Positions 1-11,700 of a stretch of 64,000 nucleotides of DNA are shown in pieces. The translations under genes and the position numbers were made by a program. The stretch lies in NCBI GenBank assembly GCA_013239625.1, contig MU053652.1, forward strand, positions 6,935,902 through 6,999,901. The letters are read 5' to 3'. Source of the stretch: Lama guanicoe. Lineage: Eukaryota. The notes under the pieces were generated by a model, which was not told where the DNA came from, made no database searches, and worked only from the letters and a program-made list of their open reading frames with translations. Each line of letters begins with the position of its first letter. Positions within the stretch are counted from its first letter, which is position 1.

Positions 1-3000
1 ATTATATCACATTCCAAAGATCAGAAAAATGCTCTCCTTAAAGAGGACCTCTAAGAATGATCACTAAGCTATTTGAGTTGTCCTGTTACACAACTATTTT
101 TAAAAACCAGATTGATGTAGACTTGGTAAGAAAATAACTGGGGTTTTGGAGTCAGTCCAATTTGCAGCTTCGTCACAATAAAACTGTAGTAATTCAGGTT
201 ATTAAATGTCTGATGACTTAGCTTCCTCCTTTGTAAACTGTGGACAGTGTCTCCCCATAAGATGCTGTAAGTATTGAAATACAAAGTATAAAATGACAGA
301 CACACAGTAAGAATATAATAAAGGCTACTATCTTTCCTACAAGTATGTGTTTTATGAGTCACTGGAAAAGGTATTATTCTGGAGGTACTATTATTACCAT
401 ATATATTTTTAATTTTAGCTTATTCCTCCTATCAGAATTATAAAGAAGAATGACTATTTCATATGAAAGTATAATGCCTTAGTTGCCTATTCAAATCGAC
501 AAAGCTAAGCTTAAAAAATTTAAGCCAAAGTCAACTAAAAGTTACAATGCTTTCCAGAAAGATAAATAAAATTATTTGCCTGTTTTGAAGAATTTTAAAG
601 GACATGGGAAAATGTCCACAACATAATTTTATATGAAAAAATAATCTACATAACTTTATATACAATAAAATGCCAAATATAACAGATAATAAGGAAACAC
701 AGAAAGTTAAGACTAAATGGAAATGCATTTTAACATAACAATATTTACCTGAGGTGATTAGGTTATAGGTATTTTCCATTTTCTGTAATGTATGTGTCAA
801 CTCGTGTGTGTGTAGCTAGATGTGTATGTGAGAGAAAGACAGAAACAGAGAGAAAGAGACAGAGACAGAGGGAAGTAGAGCTTCTTCAGGAATATTAGTT
901 AGCTTGAAAACAGGAAATTTTTTATATCTAACAGCTTTTGGAGAAAAAAATAGACAATTTTACTTGAATTTCAGTTAAATTAAGAATAATATAATTATAA
1001 AACTAGATGCTTATTTTGGATAGTGTTATAGGTGTAACTTTGTGTAGTTACTTCATTTTTATGGGTTTTTTTCCTCACAATGTGTTCCTCAGTACTTCAA
1101 TTGCAACATAATAAACTTAAAGGGTGATAGGCACATTCAAAAAACAAAATATAAAAAAAAGAATTGTTCTACATTCAGAAAGTCTATAGAGAGTAAAGCT
1201 TTCAGACATCTTGTCTACGTTTCTTTACAGAACATGAAAAGACGACTTGGGAGTGTTAAATAGATTTCTCCTAACAGCCAGTTATTGGAAATTCTAGGGC
1301 CAGAATCACATTTTAAAAATTCATTTCTTTAATGCAAAAATTTTACTCTCATAGAGTATATAACTGCTCATATTTTTTTTTCAAATTTTACATCATATTA
1401 TATATTATGGAATTCATTGTTCCAAAAATTATACTAGTAATATATATTAGCCCCATGAATACTTTATATACTTTAAGCACTGCTGATTTGGTTAGCAGAA
1501 AGCTTGACTGAGATATTTTATAGCATAATTGAATTTTCCCATAAAAATAATTGCTTTGCATATGCTAGAAAATACACTACAGTCACATAGGACATGTTCC
1601 CCAGTACAAATTTTAATTTGAATTGGTTTGAGCACTTTGAGTATAGAGATAAATCATAGCTTTGATTTCTTCCACATGTATACAGACCTTAATAATGCTA
1701 AGAATTCTTAAATATTTGAGTATTACAATACCCATTCTAATATATGGAGACTTAAAAGTGAGTGATCATAAACCTAGTTCAGAGTTTTCACTAACAGATT
1801 GTGAAACAAGACCATTTTTACTCTTTATATCCATTATAGGTCTTCCTCTGAGACCTATAATAGGAACCCAAAAACATACAACAAAAAGGGAAACAATTTG
1901 AGCATCAAACTTTACAAATGGCCATATGCACAGATGATAAAATTTGACAAATACATTGAAATTTGAATCCAATTGGAGAACACTGCCATGTTTTAATATA
2001 TTCTCCTCCAAGATCCTTAGCATTTTTTAGATTTTTCTAGGATTATGTGACAAGGTCTTAAAAAGCCTAATAATGCTTGAGCTGATGAAGTGACAAGGCT
2101 TGGGCGGGTCATGGAAAAGTGTGACACTCCCCTTTAGTACTCATATTCATACTTACCCCGCTGACTGGCCCTGGAAGCAGATCTATAAAAAAAAATAGGG
2201 GCAAGGGGAGGAGCTCTGCCATGGGTCAGAATCAACTGAAAAGAGGTAACTCTAAATGTTTGTGACACAAGAGAAAACATAAGAATGAGTCATGGCAACA
2301 TCCTGTTCACTAAAAGTGAAGAGGAATAATACATCTTGAGTTGAGGAAACCATGCAGCAAATTGTATGCAAACAAATGAGAGAATGCCACTTGGGATGTG
2401 CTACAGCCAAGTTCCCCACCTACACCACATTCTTGTTGTCCCCTTCCAAGATTATTCTTGAACGAGTAACTGCTCTGATTGAATTATCTCAAATCAAGAT
2501 ATGTAACAATTAGAAACAAATCAGCAGCAGAACAATCAATACGCTGATGAAAAATGTATACCAAACAATTACGATATGACACTTCAGATTATGTAGCTGT
2601 CAAAACTCTACTTCTCAGCATGATGCAAAATCTGGAAATCAACCAGAATATTTTCGAATACCAGTGTGAGATCAGTAAACTAAAAGGGTTTTAAGCCGTT
2701 AACTGTTACGGTGAAGGGAAAGTCATGAATGTTTAGAAAGCAAAAATAGAGTAAATCAAGATTAAGGAGTGAGAACCAACAGGAGTACAATAATAGTAAA
2801 AACCATCTTTCAGTTTGTAGTCATCTCCTAAAACAAAAACATGATGATGTCATTTCCAAGAACAAAATATGTTGCTGTCTTTCTACTCTGTTTTGAGCAT
2901 TTGTAAATTTATTTGTTTGGCTTTTAATCTGGTTCAATATACTTTTTCCTCTTTCATCTCTATTGTTATATCTTATTTGTCAACTTGTTTGTAAACATGC

Positions 3001-4699
3001 CATGAACTTCTGTGGCTTTTATATTAACCTAATCTTGGTCTTTCTACCACCCTATTTAAAAGCTCCTTCCTCAAACTTTTGTTGTTGTTACTGTTGGTAT
3101 TCCTGAAGAACCAGGTCAAATGTCACTTTCCACTGCCAGGCAAAAATAATTACTCTTTCATTACTTTGTTTATGTGTCTATCAAAATATATGACTCACTT
3201 AGAGCCACATTAATTAGTGATATTTGCATAATCAATATTTTTTCAATTGAAATTAGAATTCCATGTAGAATATTAACAAATTTTGGGTCAATGGTTATAG
3301 AAGAAGAGGAGAAAGAGATAGGTTTGGGAGATTCTATACATCTAGTTTTCAAGGGGCTGAGACTTAGTTCTGGAGATTCTTGAGAGAATGAGCCATTTGT
3401 AGAAAACACACCTGAAGGGCATGGCAAATCAAGAATAAAATAGCAAAAAGGAGTAGGTTGACAACAGGGAAACACATGGATGGAAGTTACCCCAAAACCC
3501 ATGCGAGCAGCTTCTGTCAGAGAAGTTTATCTGCAGCCAACAATGGCCTGCTACCATACTGGCATCTAGAAATGGGAGAGTTTATGACGAGAAAACACAA
3601 AAAACAAAAGCAAAGCAAATGGATCCACATATGGACTAAGCATTCAATGACAAGAATTCAAACCAAAGAAAATATGAGAGAAGAAGAGTGGTCAGAACTG
3701 GAATCACCAGAATGTCAGACTCAGGACAAGAGAGGCTTGGTACCAAACCCCAAACAGTTGTGTTAGAATATTAACGCTTTCCTACCTGAGTTAATGACTC
3801 TCAAACTTGCATGATGACCAAATAACTGTCGTCTCTTAAAATACAAATCCCAAATTCCACTTCCAAAGATTTAGAATCAATACATTTATATTTAAAAACA
3901 AACAAATGAAAAACAAATAAAGAAAGGCATCCTAATGTTCAACCTGTTTGTTTAGACTGGAAACGTGTCACAGAGTCAACCCTTGCTTGTCTTTCTTTTC
4001 CTCTCTATTTATCTAAAGCTTTTAATTTCATTTCACCCATTTTTCTATTGAAAACTTTTCTCATGTGTAGCATTTTACCCTGATTCTACTCAGTTTTGTC
4101 CCTTAGATATCCTGCTCTATGCGATGGCTTGTTTTAATTTCACTTTCAAGGAAAAATCCCAGGTATCTAAAGATGTGCTTTCTCTTGCTTTCCCCACAGT
4201 TCTCAGCCTCAAATCTCTGTTTGTAAGTAAGCTAGTGTCTTTGATTTTACTCTCCCTGGCATCAGCGAGTCTCATCTCGACTTCCAGTGTCTACCCTCAC
4301 ATTTCTGTCAACAGAGTCATCAAGAATCTTTGCAGTTAATACACTTATGCTGATGTTAATGGTAAAACTGCAAACCTATAATTAACATGTCAGTATATAA
4401 TTAATACTAACATTTCAACCATACATTACAGCTGACAAATTTCTGATTAAATGAATGAACTGAATAAGCAGTCAACAAACATTCATCTACAACCACTGTC
4501 TGAACTACAGTAATTAGATGAAGATTGTGGGACAATGACAAATCAGTTCCAAAGGCAAATTCTCAGTCTCTTGAAAATGAAAGAAGAAAACCACAATGGA
4601 AACACATTTTGATTTCAGTAACGGTGAAACACAAGCACATATGTTATATTCAGACCATGTATACTGAGATGTTTTATTATATTCAATTGTATCTTAAGG

Positions 4700-4923
4700 C
4701 AGGGGCTAGATTTTTTTCCTATAAAGAGACAGAGAGTAAGTTATTTCATATTTGTAAGCTATACAGCTTCTGTTGCAGGTATTCAACTCTGCCATTATAA
4801 CGCGAAAGCAGCCATAGACGTTACATAAAACAACAGGTGTGGCTGTGTTTCAATAAATTTTATTTACAAAAAAACAGGTAGGTGACTGAATTCAATCCCC
4901 AGATTATACTTTACCAGCGCCTG
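4700..4923 (+). mobile_element. MER58A-like hAT-Charlie DNA transposon (MITE)
   Basis: caggggc...tattcaactctgccattataacgcgaaagcagccatagac...gtggctgtgtttcaataaattttatttacaaaaaaacagg...cctg. Confidence 0.9.
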
Positions 4924-5272
4924 TTTTAGTGGACATGCTTTGATTCATGGTATATATTGGTGCGATGAAATAAGAATTTTTTTCTTTTTTAAAATCTTTT
5001 TTATAATACATACTGAACATACAGTAAACTTTGTATAGAAAGTAGCAAATTATTTTCATAATATAAAAATTTCAGAATTCATGCCACCAAATATTTTTCA
5101 CTACGCTGCACGATGCAAGAGGAGAGGAAGAGGAAAATCTTGGTACAAAAACCTTCTTAACGAGCTGCTGTGACTTTGTTAAATTAACATGTGTTAAGTG
5201 GAGCACAGGGTGCTGGGTGGTGAGTTGTGGTTCAACAACAGAGGATTAAAAAAAAATTGAAACAGATGAGAG

Positions 5273-5713
5273 TGTTACTCATAGGTCCTGGAGGAAGTAC
5301 ACAGCGTGCCTCAAAGGGCCACAAGAGAAGGTGAAGGCAGAGTGTGGACAGAGAGACAGGAACCAGTGGGGCACACGCTTTTATTAGGGTCGAATGCTTC
5401 TGGGTTCAAAGATGCGGCCAGCTCAGTCAATTCAAACCAAAAGAGGAGGGTTTTGGCAAGCCCTACGGGGATCTTATCTAAGGAATACTTAGGGCGTCCA
5501 GGTGTGGGGAGGCAGGGGAGACTATCACGGGGGCTACTGGGGAAGTCACATCAGGAACTTCCGCTTGCTTGTGACTCTGCAGCTGCTATCAGGGTTCAAG
5601 CTTGCATAAGGGGGCTAGTGTCAGTTGAAGTAAGGTCCCTGCAGGTCACCTGACCAAATGAAATGAACGCTGAGACAGCCATACCATGGGGTCGCTTAGC
5701 TAAACTCTCAACA
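5273..5713 (-). mobile_element. Solo LTR (ERVL-like, family uncertain)
   Basis: tgttactc...ctcaaca termini; antisense AATAAA (ttttattagggtc); GC-richer than flanks. Confidence 0.65.
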
Positions 5714-5734
5714 CCAGCTTTGTTTCAAACTAGT

Positions 5735-6178
5735 TGTATTAATGTCCTAGGACTGCTGTTAACAAATTACCACAGATTAGCTTAAAACAACACTAATTTA
5801 TTCTCTCACAATTCTGGACGCTAGAAGCCTGAAATCAAGGTATCAGCAGAGCCAAGCTCCCTTTGAAGGCCCTGGGGAAGAATCTCTCCTTGCTTCTCCT
5901 CACCTTCTTCTGGCTCCCAGCATTCCTTAGCATTCCTGGGTGTGAGGCTGAGTCACTCCAATCATCTTCCAATGGTCTTCTCTGTGTCAGTCTGTATCCT
6001 CTCCTCTTCTTATAAAGACACCAGTCATTAGACTTAGGACTCACAATAAATCCAGGATAAATTCATCTTGAAATCCTTAACTATCAACATCTGCAAGGAC
6101 CCTATTTCCAAATAAGATCATATTCTGAGGTTCTGGGTGAACAAGACTTGGAGGGGACACTATTCAATCCACTCTACA
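5735..6178 (-). mobile_element. MaLR LTR (MLT1B/C-like)
   Basis: tgtattaatgtcctaggactgctgttaacaaattaccac...gaaatcaaggtatcagcagagcc...ggggacactattcaatccactctaca. Confidence 0.9.
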
Positions 6179-6399
6179 TTATTTGCTTGTTTATTTTTTA
6201 ATTTAATCCGTTCTGATGACTCATCCAGCTCCTTTCAAACAACTATTTTGCTCTAACTCTTCCAAGTTCAGAGTTGAAGGCCTTTGTCAATTTGGTTTCG
6301 TTAAGGAACATAGAGACACTACAAGCATTAGCTTAACCAGGGGTGGCTAAACAAAAATTAGAGTCTACACACGTATGAAGGAGTTGGTACTAATTTCTG

Positions 6400-6855
6400 T
6401 GAAGCTGTGGCTGAAAAACAGGAGAAAAAAGGCACTGGATTGACTGTAGAAGTTAAGACTCACATGGAGCAGTCTGAGACGCCACTCTGCTTCATCAAAA
6501 CTACTATGAGAGCTAACGGGGGGATGTTGGCAAACTGCTTGTGTGTCCACCATGACTGCAAGTTGATTGCTCATGGAAGGTCAACAGAACTACTGTTTAT
6601 GGTCATCATGCCCTTCTGAGATAACAGCTTCCATATTATTCCCACCTTCCAAATCTCACAGAATTTCCTTTCATTAACAAAGTCAAGTCCAGAGCCACAC
6701 AGAGAAGGGGACTTGTGAATATATGCTTCCCAGACTTGACAGGCAGTGGTGGTGAAAAATTGTCACCAGGCCACCCAAGAAGTAGTCTTCTCCTTTGTTA
6801 ACTTGGTTCCCATCACCACCTTTTAAACCATACTTGATTTACAAATAAATTCAAT
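6400..6855 (-). mobile_element. Ancient ERVL-type LTR remnant plus a possible internal stub
   Basis: ttccaaatctcacagaatttcctttcatt...agagaagggg...cttgaca resembles old eutherian ERVL LTR ends; boundaries are approximate. Confidence 0.4.
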
Positions 6856-7027
6856 AACCCTTAACAAGCAGGATCAGATTCTACAGTCAGTGCAGGAACC
6901 GCGCTGCTTGCATGATGAGCCGGTATGAGGAGCCAGACCACGGGACCATCTCAGGTTTCCTTCTTTTCTACTCTGATGCAAAGCACTACAAATCAGTACC
7001 CCCCCCCCCTCCGTTTTTTGAGAGTCA

Positions 7028-7063
7028 GAAGCATGCACTCTACCGCTGAGCTATACCCACCCC
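7028..7063 (-). mobile_element. tRNA-derived SINE head fragment (camelid vic-1-like), A-box only
   Basis: Minus strand reads ggggtgggtatagctcagcggtagagtgcatgctt, a tRNA-like D-arm/A-box; no B-box follows. Confidence 0.75.
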
Positions 7064-8462
7064 CTCTGTTTCTCTGAGTTTGACTGCTTAAGATTCCACG
7101 TATATAAGTGATATCTTACGGTACATATCCTTCTTTGTCTGATTTCTTTATTTCTTTATCTTATTTAATATAATGCCCTCAAGAGTTGTTGCAAAAAGCG
7201 GGACTTACTATGGCTGAATAATATTCCAGTTTTCACGAATATATATCCATTCATCTGTTGACAGACATTTAGATTGTTGAATAGGTTGCATAATGCTGTG
7301 ATGAACATGGGGGCACAGATATCTCTTGGAGATCTTGTTTTCATTTCTTTGGGATGTATATCCAAAAGTGGGATTTGCTGGATCATATGGTAGTTCTAAT
7401 TTTAATTTTTTGAGGGACCTTCACACTGCTTTCCATAGTGGTTGCACCAATTTACATTCCCACCAGTAGCGCACTGTTTCCCTTCCTTCCACACCTTCAA
7501 CAACACTTGTTGTTTGTTGGTTTCTTGATAATAGCCATGCTAGCAGGTGGGGGATGATATTTCATTGTGGTTTTGATTTGCGTTTCCCTGATGACGAACG
7601 ATGTAGAGCCTCTCATCACATAACTGTTGGCCATTTGTATGTATCTTCTTTGGGAAAAATGTCTATTCAGTTCCTCTGCCATTCTGCCAGTTTTTAATCA
7701 GGCTTTTTTTTTTTTTAAAGCTATTGAGTTAATATGAGTTTTTTATATATCTTGGATATTAACCCTTTATCATATATATAATTTGCAAATATTCTCTTTC
7801 ATTCCAAAGGTTGCCTTTGCATTTTGCTGATTATTTCTTTTGCTGCGCTTTTAGTTTGATGTAGTCTCATTTGTTTATTTTTCATTTTGTTGCTTACACT
7901 TTCAGTATCATATCCAGCAATTCTCTGACAAGATCCATGTCAAGGAGATTTCTCCTGATGTTTTGTCCTAGGAGTTACAGGTTCAAGCCTTATGTTTAAG
8001 TCTTTAATCCACGTCACTGTGAACAATTGCTCCTGTTGCATGTCTGCTAATAATCACCTGTGTTTTTCTTCTTCATTCGTAGTCTTATACATCTTAGCTT
8101 TGCCAGTTCGGGTGGGATGAAACCTAATCAAGATCTCTGTGCTGTGCTCCAAGAGGCTGGAAAAAGTGGTTGCTCATTCTGCTCTTCCTTTCTTGGTGAG
8201 AGAAATTCTTTCTTCTGGTAAATTCCTTCTTGGAGCTGAAGAACGCTGGCTTGGGTGACAGGATGATGCAGGCAAAATGAAGCTGTCTTCCTTCTCCTCT
8301 GTGTGACTATTTCAGGTTTTTTCCAATGTGTTGCTAAAACTTCCCAAGCGGACTCTAGTGGTCTCCCAGGGTTGTTTTTATTCATGGCCAGCTATCCAAC
8401 TGCTGATCTTCATCGGGGAACAGGGAGGCTGGGCTCTCGCCATTTTTTTTCTGCAACCTCTC
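7064..8462 (-). mobile_element. Internally deleted L1: ORF2 3' end/3'UTR (7064-~8011) joined to an L1M2/L1MA-type 5'UTR (~8012-8462)
   Basis: Antisense ORF2-like pieces (ORFs 7165..7386 and 7497..7682, e.g. RETQIKTTMKYH). The right part ends in ggctgggctctcgccatttt, resembling the aagatggc L1 5' terminus. Confidence 0.75.
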
Positions 8463-8690
8463 CAGTAATCTTCAAGTGAGATTCTTTCATAAAGCTATGG
8501 TGTTTAGTTTCTAAATTATTGGTTCATCAATGTTTTTCTCATCCTTTTTTTTCTTCATCACCAATACAACAAACACAACTCTGTGTTCCTGGCTGCACAA
8601 CGGAATTTCAGAGTGAAATTGTTTTCTCAAGTATTTATAAACTGTCCATCTTCTTGCTATTTCCCTCAAAGGAGACAAGTGAACAGAAAC

Positions 8691-8691
<1 letters not shown>

Positions 8692-8727
<36 letters not shown>
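8692..8727 (+). repeat. Pure poly(A) run (36 nt) followed by an (A)nC motif
   Basis: Visible directly. Confidence 0.95.
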
Positions 8728-8728
<1 letters not shown>

Positions 8729-11700
8729 GAAAACAAAAACAAACCCTGGGATTTTGACTACATGGAGTTATGTGGCCTGAGAGGAAAGAAACTAAGATAC
8801 TGAAAAGAAATGGAAGTCCCAAATCAAACACAAGGGACTTTGATCCTTGTCTGGAGGAAAATGAAAATTTGGTAGATACTAGTCTCTTTTGACGACCCTT
8901 AGGATTACTGCCAGGTTTTTCATAATATGTACCTGTCTTCATTGTTACAGACAAAATTGATAACGAAAGAGTCAGGAGAAAATATTCTTTCATGTTTCCA
9001 AATTATCAGTGTATTTTGAGGGTAGCTACAGCTGTATATGAAGCTAGAATTCAGCTTCCACAGGTGAAAAATGTTCAAATCTGGTCATTTAGTAATTATT
9101 ATTTTTTGAATATATACTATTCAGGATACTCTATTAAAAACAAATAGATAATAGACAGGCTTACATGTTATAATGATCTAAAGGGGGATAAATATCTCCC
9201 ACGACATTATATTCAAGTATATTTGGAAAACTTTGGTCTGTGATGTTGTTTTCAACACATCAGCCTTTAGGAAAAGTATTACTTAGGGAGAAAAAAAAAC
9301 CCACAAGTAATTACACTTGCATTTTATCAAATCCTGAGTTGTCAGGTCACTGAGGAGTAGAGATACAGAGTTTTCACGTGTGTGCGCCCATCTGCTACAA
9401 TGAGATTTCCCAGTAGAAGCTGCCAAAGGAAGTCTGTGAAGCTAAAAGGAATGTAATTTCCAGAATAATATTATAGCAGTAAAGAGCAGAAGGTCTGGAG
9501 TTATTAGACAACTCAATTTGAAGCAGCTTCTAACAGTCCTCAAAAAATCCTGTCAGTGAGAACTTGAGAAGTTATTTACTCTCACTGTGTTTGAGTTTCC
9601 TTTTTGTAAAAATGATGGTACTAATAATTCCAACCTCATGCGTAACAGATGTAAACATTTAAACTCATGCCAAGTATGTGGTATATGTGCAACAGGGTAA
9701 TTATTATTGCCTGTTAAAAAATTTCAAATATATCTTGTCCAGTTAAGTAGAAACATGAGATACACATTTTGGCCTTTTGATGCCTCAAATGCAGTCAACT
9801 GCTGTGTGATTCAGCTTTAGATGTTACTGCAGTTACAACCTAGATGTGCCACACTTCTTCAGAGATTAAAAGTGAAGCTTCCTATTTACACCTTACCACA
9901 CCAGGTACAATTTTTGGCTACCTTTTGTCTTTTTTCTCCTTCCTTTCTTCCTCTGTCCTGCTTCCCTCTTTTCCTTTTTTCTTTCTTTTTTTTTTAAATT
10001 TATTAAATGTAATGGAAATTAAAAAAACAGTTCTTGTATAAAACTTTAAAAAGAAAAAGAAATCATTCTTGGTTCTCCAGTGGTTCACCATCCCTCCCTC
10101 TTCCCCACACAACTGATCCATTCCCTCAGGGTCAGTTAAAACTGGACCTATTCACTGGTGTTTTGAATGCAGTGAATCCCGGCCAGGGATGCAGGAGCAG
10201 AGAGCAGGAAGAACAGTTAATTACATGCCACACTCATTACAAGATTTTACTCTTATTTTAATTTATTTGTTTATGATTCCCCCTTAATCTTTTACCATCA
10301 CTGCCATTCCTTTCCTCCGATAAGTACACAATCTTAAGATTTTGATAAATTTTACTCATGTCCTATCTTTGTCTCCCTGAGAGAAAATCTAGAACAAGAT
10401 GCTAAAATAAAAATGACATGCAGTGAAGGGCTTGACTATTACTGTGCTTTGAGAGGAAGGCCCCTTGTTTCCAGTGCTTTCCCCCGAGCTAAGAACAATA
10501 ATAATAATGAAGGAATCAAAATAAAAACATCACTCCTTTCAAGTGTTTTGCATTTACTATCTTATGGCAATAGGGAAAAAAAGGTTTAAGTGTAAATCCT
10601 GTTTTCCAGCAATAATTGTGTTCAAAATGGATTTTTCCTACAAGGTCTACATTAACTGGTTGAAATTTCTCGCCAACCTGCATTACAGAGTCATAAACGT
10701 TTATTTGTTTAAATGTCAATACAGATGTGCAGAACCTGTGTTTACTATACATGAGCTGTAGAGGATCTGAATCATAATTACATGAGTTTAAGAGGCACAG
10801 AAAACATTACTGCTACTGATTTACTACAGCCTCCTCCATAAGCCTCAATTTTTAATACAGTAGCAATTACACGGAAGGCAGAGAGGGACACAGAGTGAGA
10901 AATAAGGATACCCTTTTATATTATTATAAATTAATGGTGCAAAATCAACGGAGATCTTCTCAGTTTTCTAACAGAACACGATAGAGTTGGTTTTCTTGAG
11001 ATGGCAGAGGATGGATGGGAGAATCGGGCTGGGACTCTTATACACACTAATAATTACTACAAATCATGTCTTATAATCAAATGACCAATGAGACGTATGG
11101 CAACTTTATACAGGATCAGTCCTCTGTACGTAATAAACGTAGCATATGGACTAAATTTTTAAAATTAACTTCTGTTTTTGTTTTTTTTAAAATTTTTTCC
11201 ACAATGTTTTTGTTTTCTTTTTTACAACAATAAATTCTAGTGTTTTTGTTAATGGTGATGGCAGTAGTACTTAAAAATAAGCAACACTATAACTCTGATA
11301 GGGAACAGTGGGGTGAAAGAATTGAACGAGTCAGTCTACCTTCTGGAAAGCAAGCATCATGCCTTGAACTTGTTTTATATTGAAGATGGCCCTTTGCAAG
11401 ATACTAGGCAAATTGAAGAATAGTAAGTCTCTATTGTATAATTTTTGATAATAAGATCAATTTGTATGCTTTAGATCAGAATCAACTTCCTCTTTCATAG
11501 TCATAAACTCATGAGCACAACTCATAGTTATAGGATAGCTTGATGAGAATTAGAGCCTGGGCTTAAGAAAAATCAGTTTTCACCAGGGAGCAATAAAGAA
11601 ACCATACATTAAAACTATACTGTACTGAAATACAGGGCACTAAAGTGAAAAATAAAAGAAGACATAGGAAGTGAAGGTATAATATAAATTCCTAAGTATT

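Noticed and set aside
2101..2192. GC box (gggcggg) plus TATAAA as a plus-strand promoter
   Set aside because: No CpG island or downstream gene, and the A-run is equally explained as a minus-strand pyrimidine tract.
7028..7063. tRNA gene
   Set aside because: Only the acceptor/D-arm-like 5' part is present, with no T-arm or B-box; consistent with a SINE head.
8511..8993. 160-aa ORF with poly-Phe, and poly-Lys ORFs on the other strand
   Set aside because: Produced by reading through the poly(A) tract.
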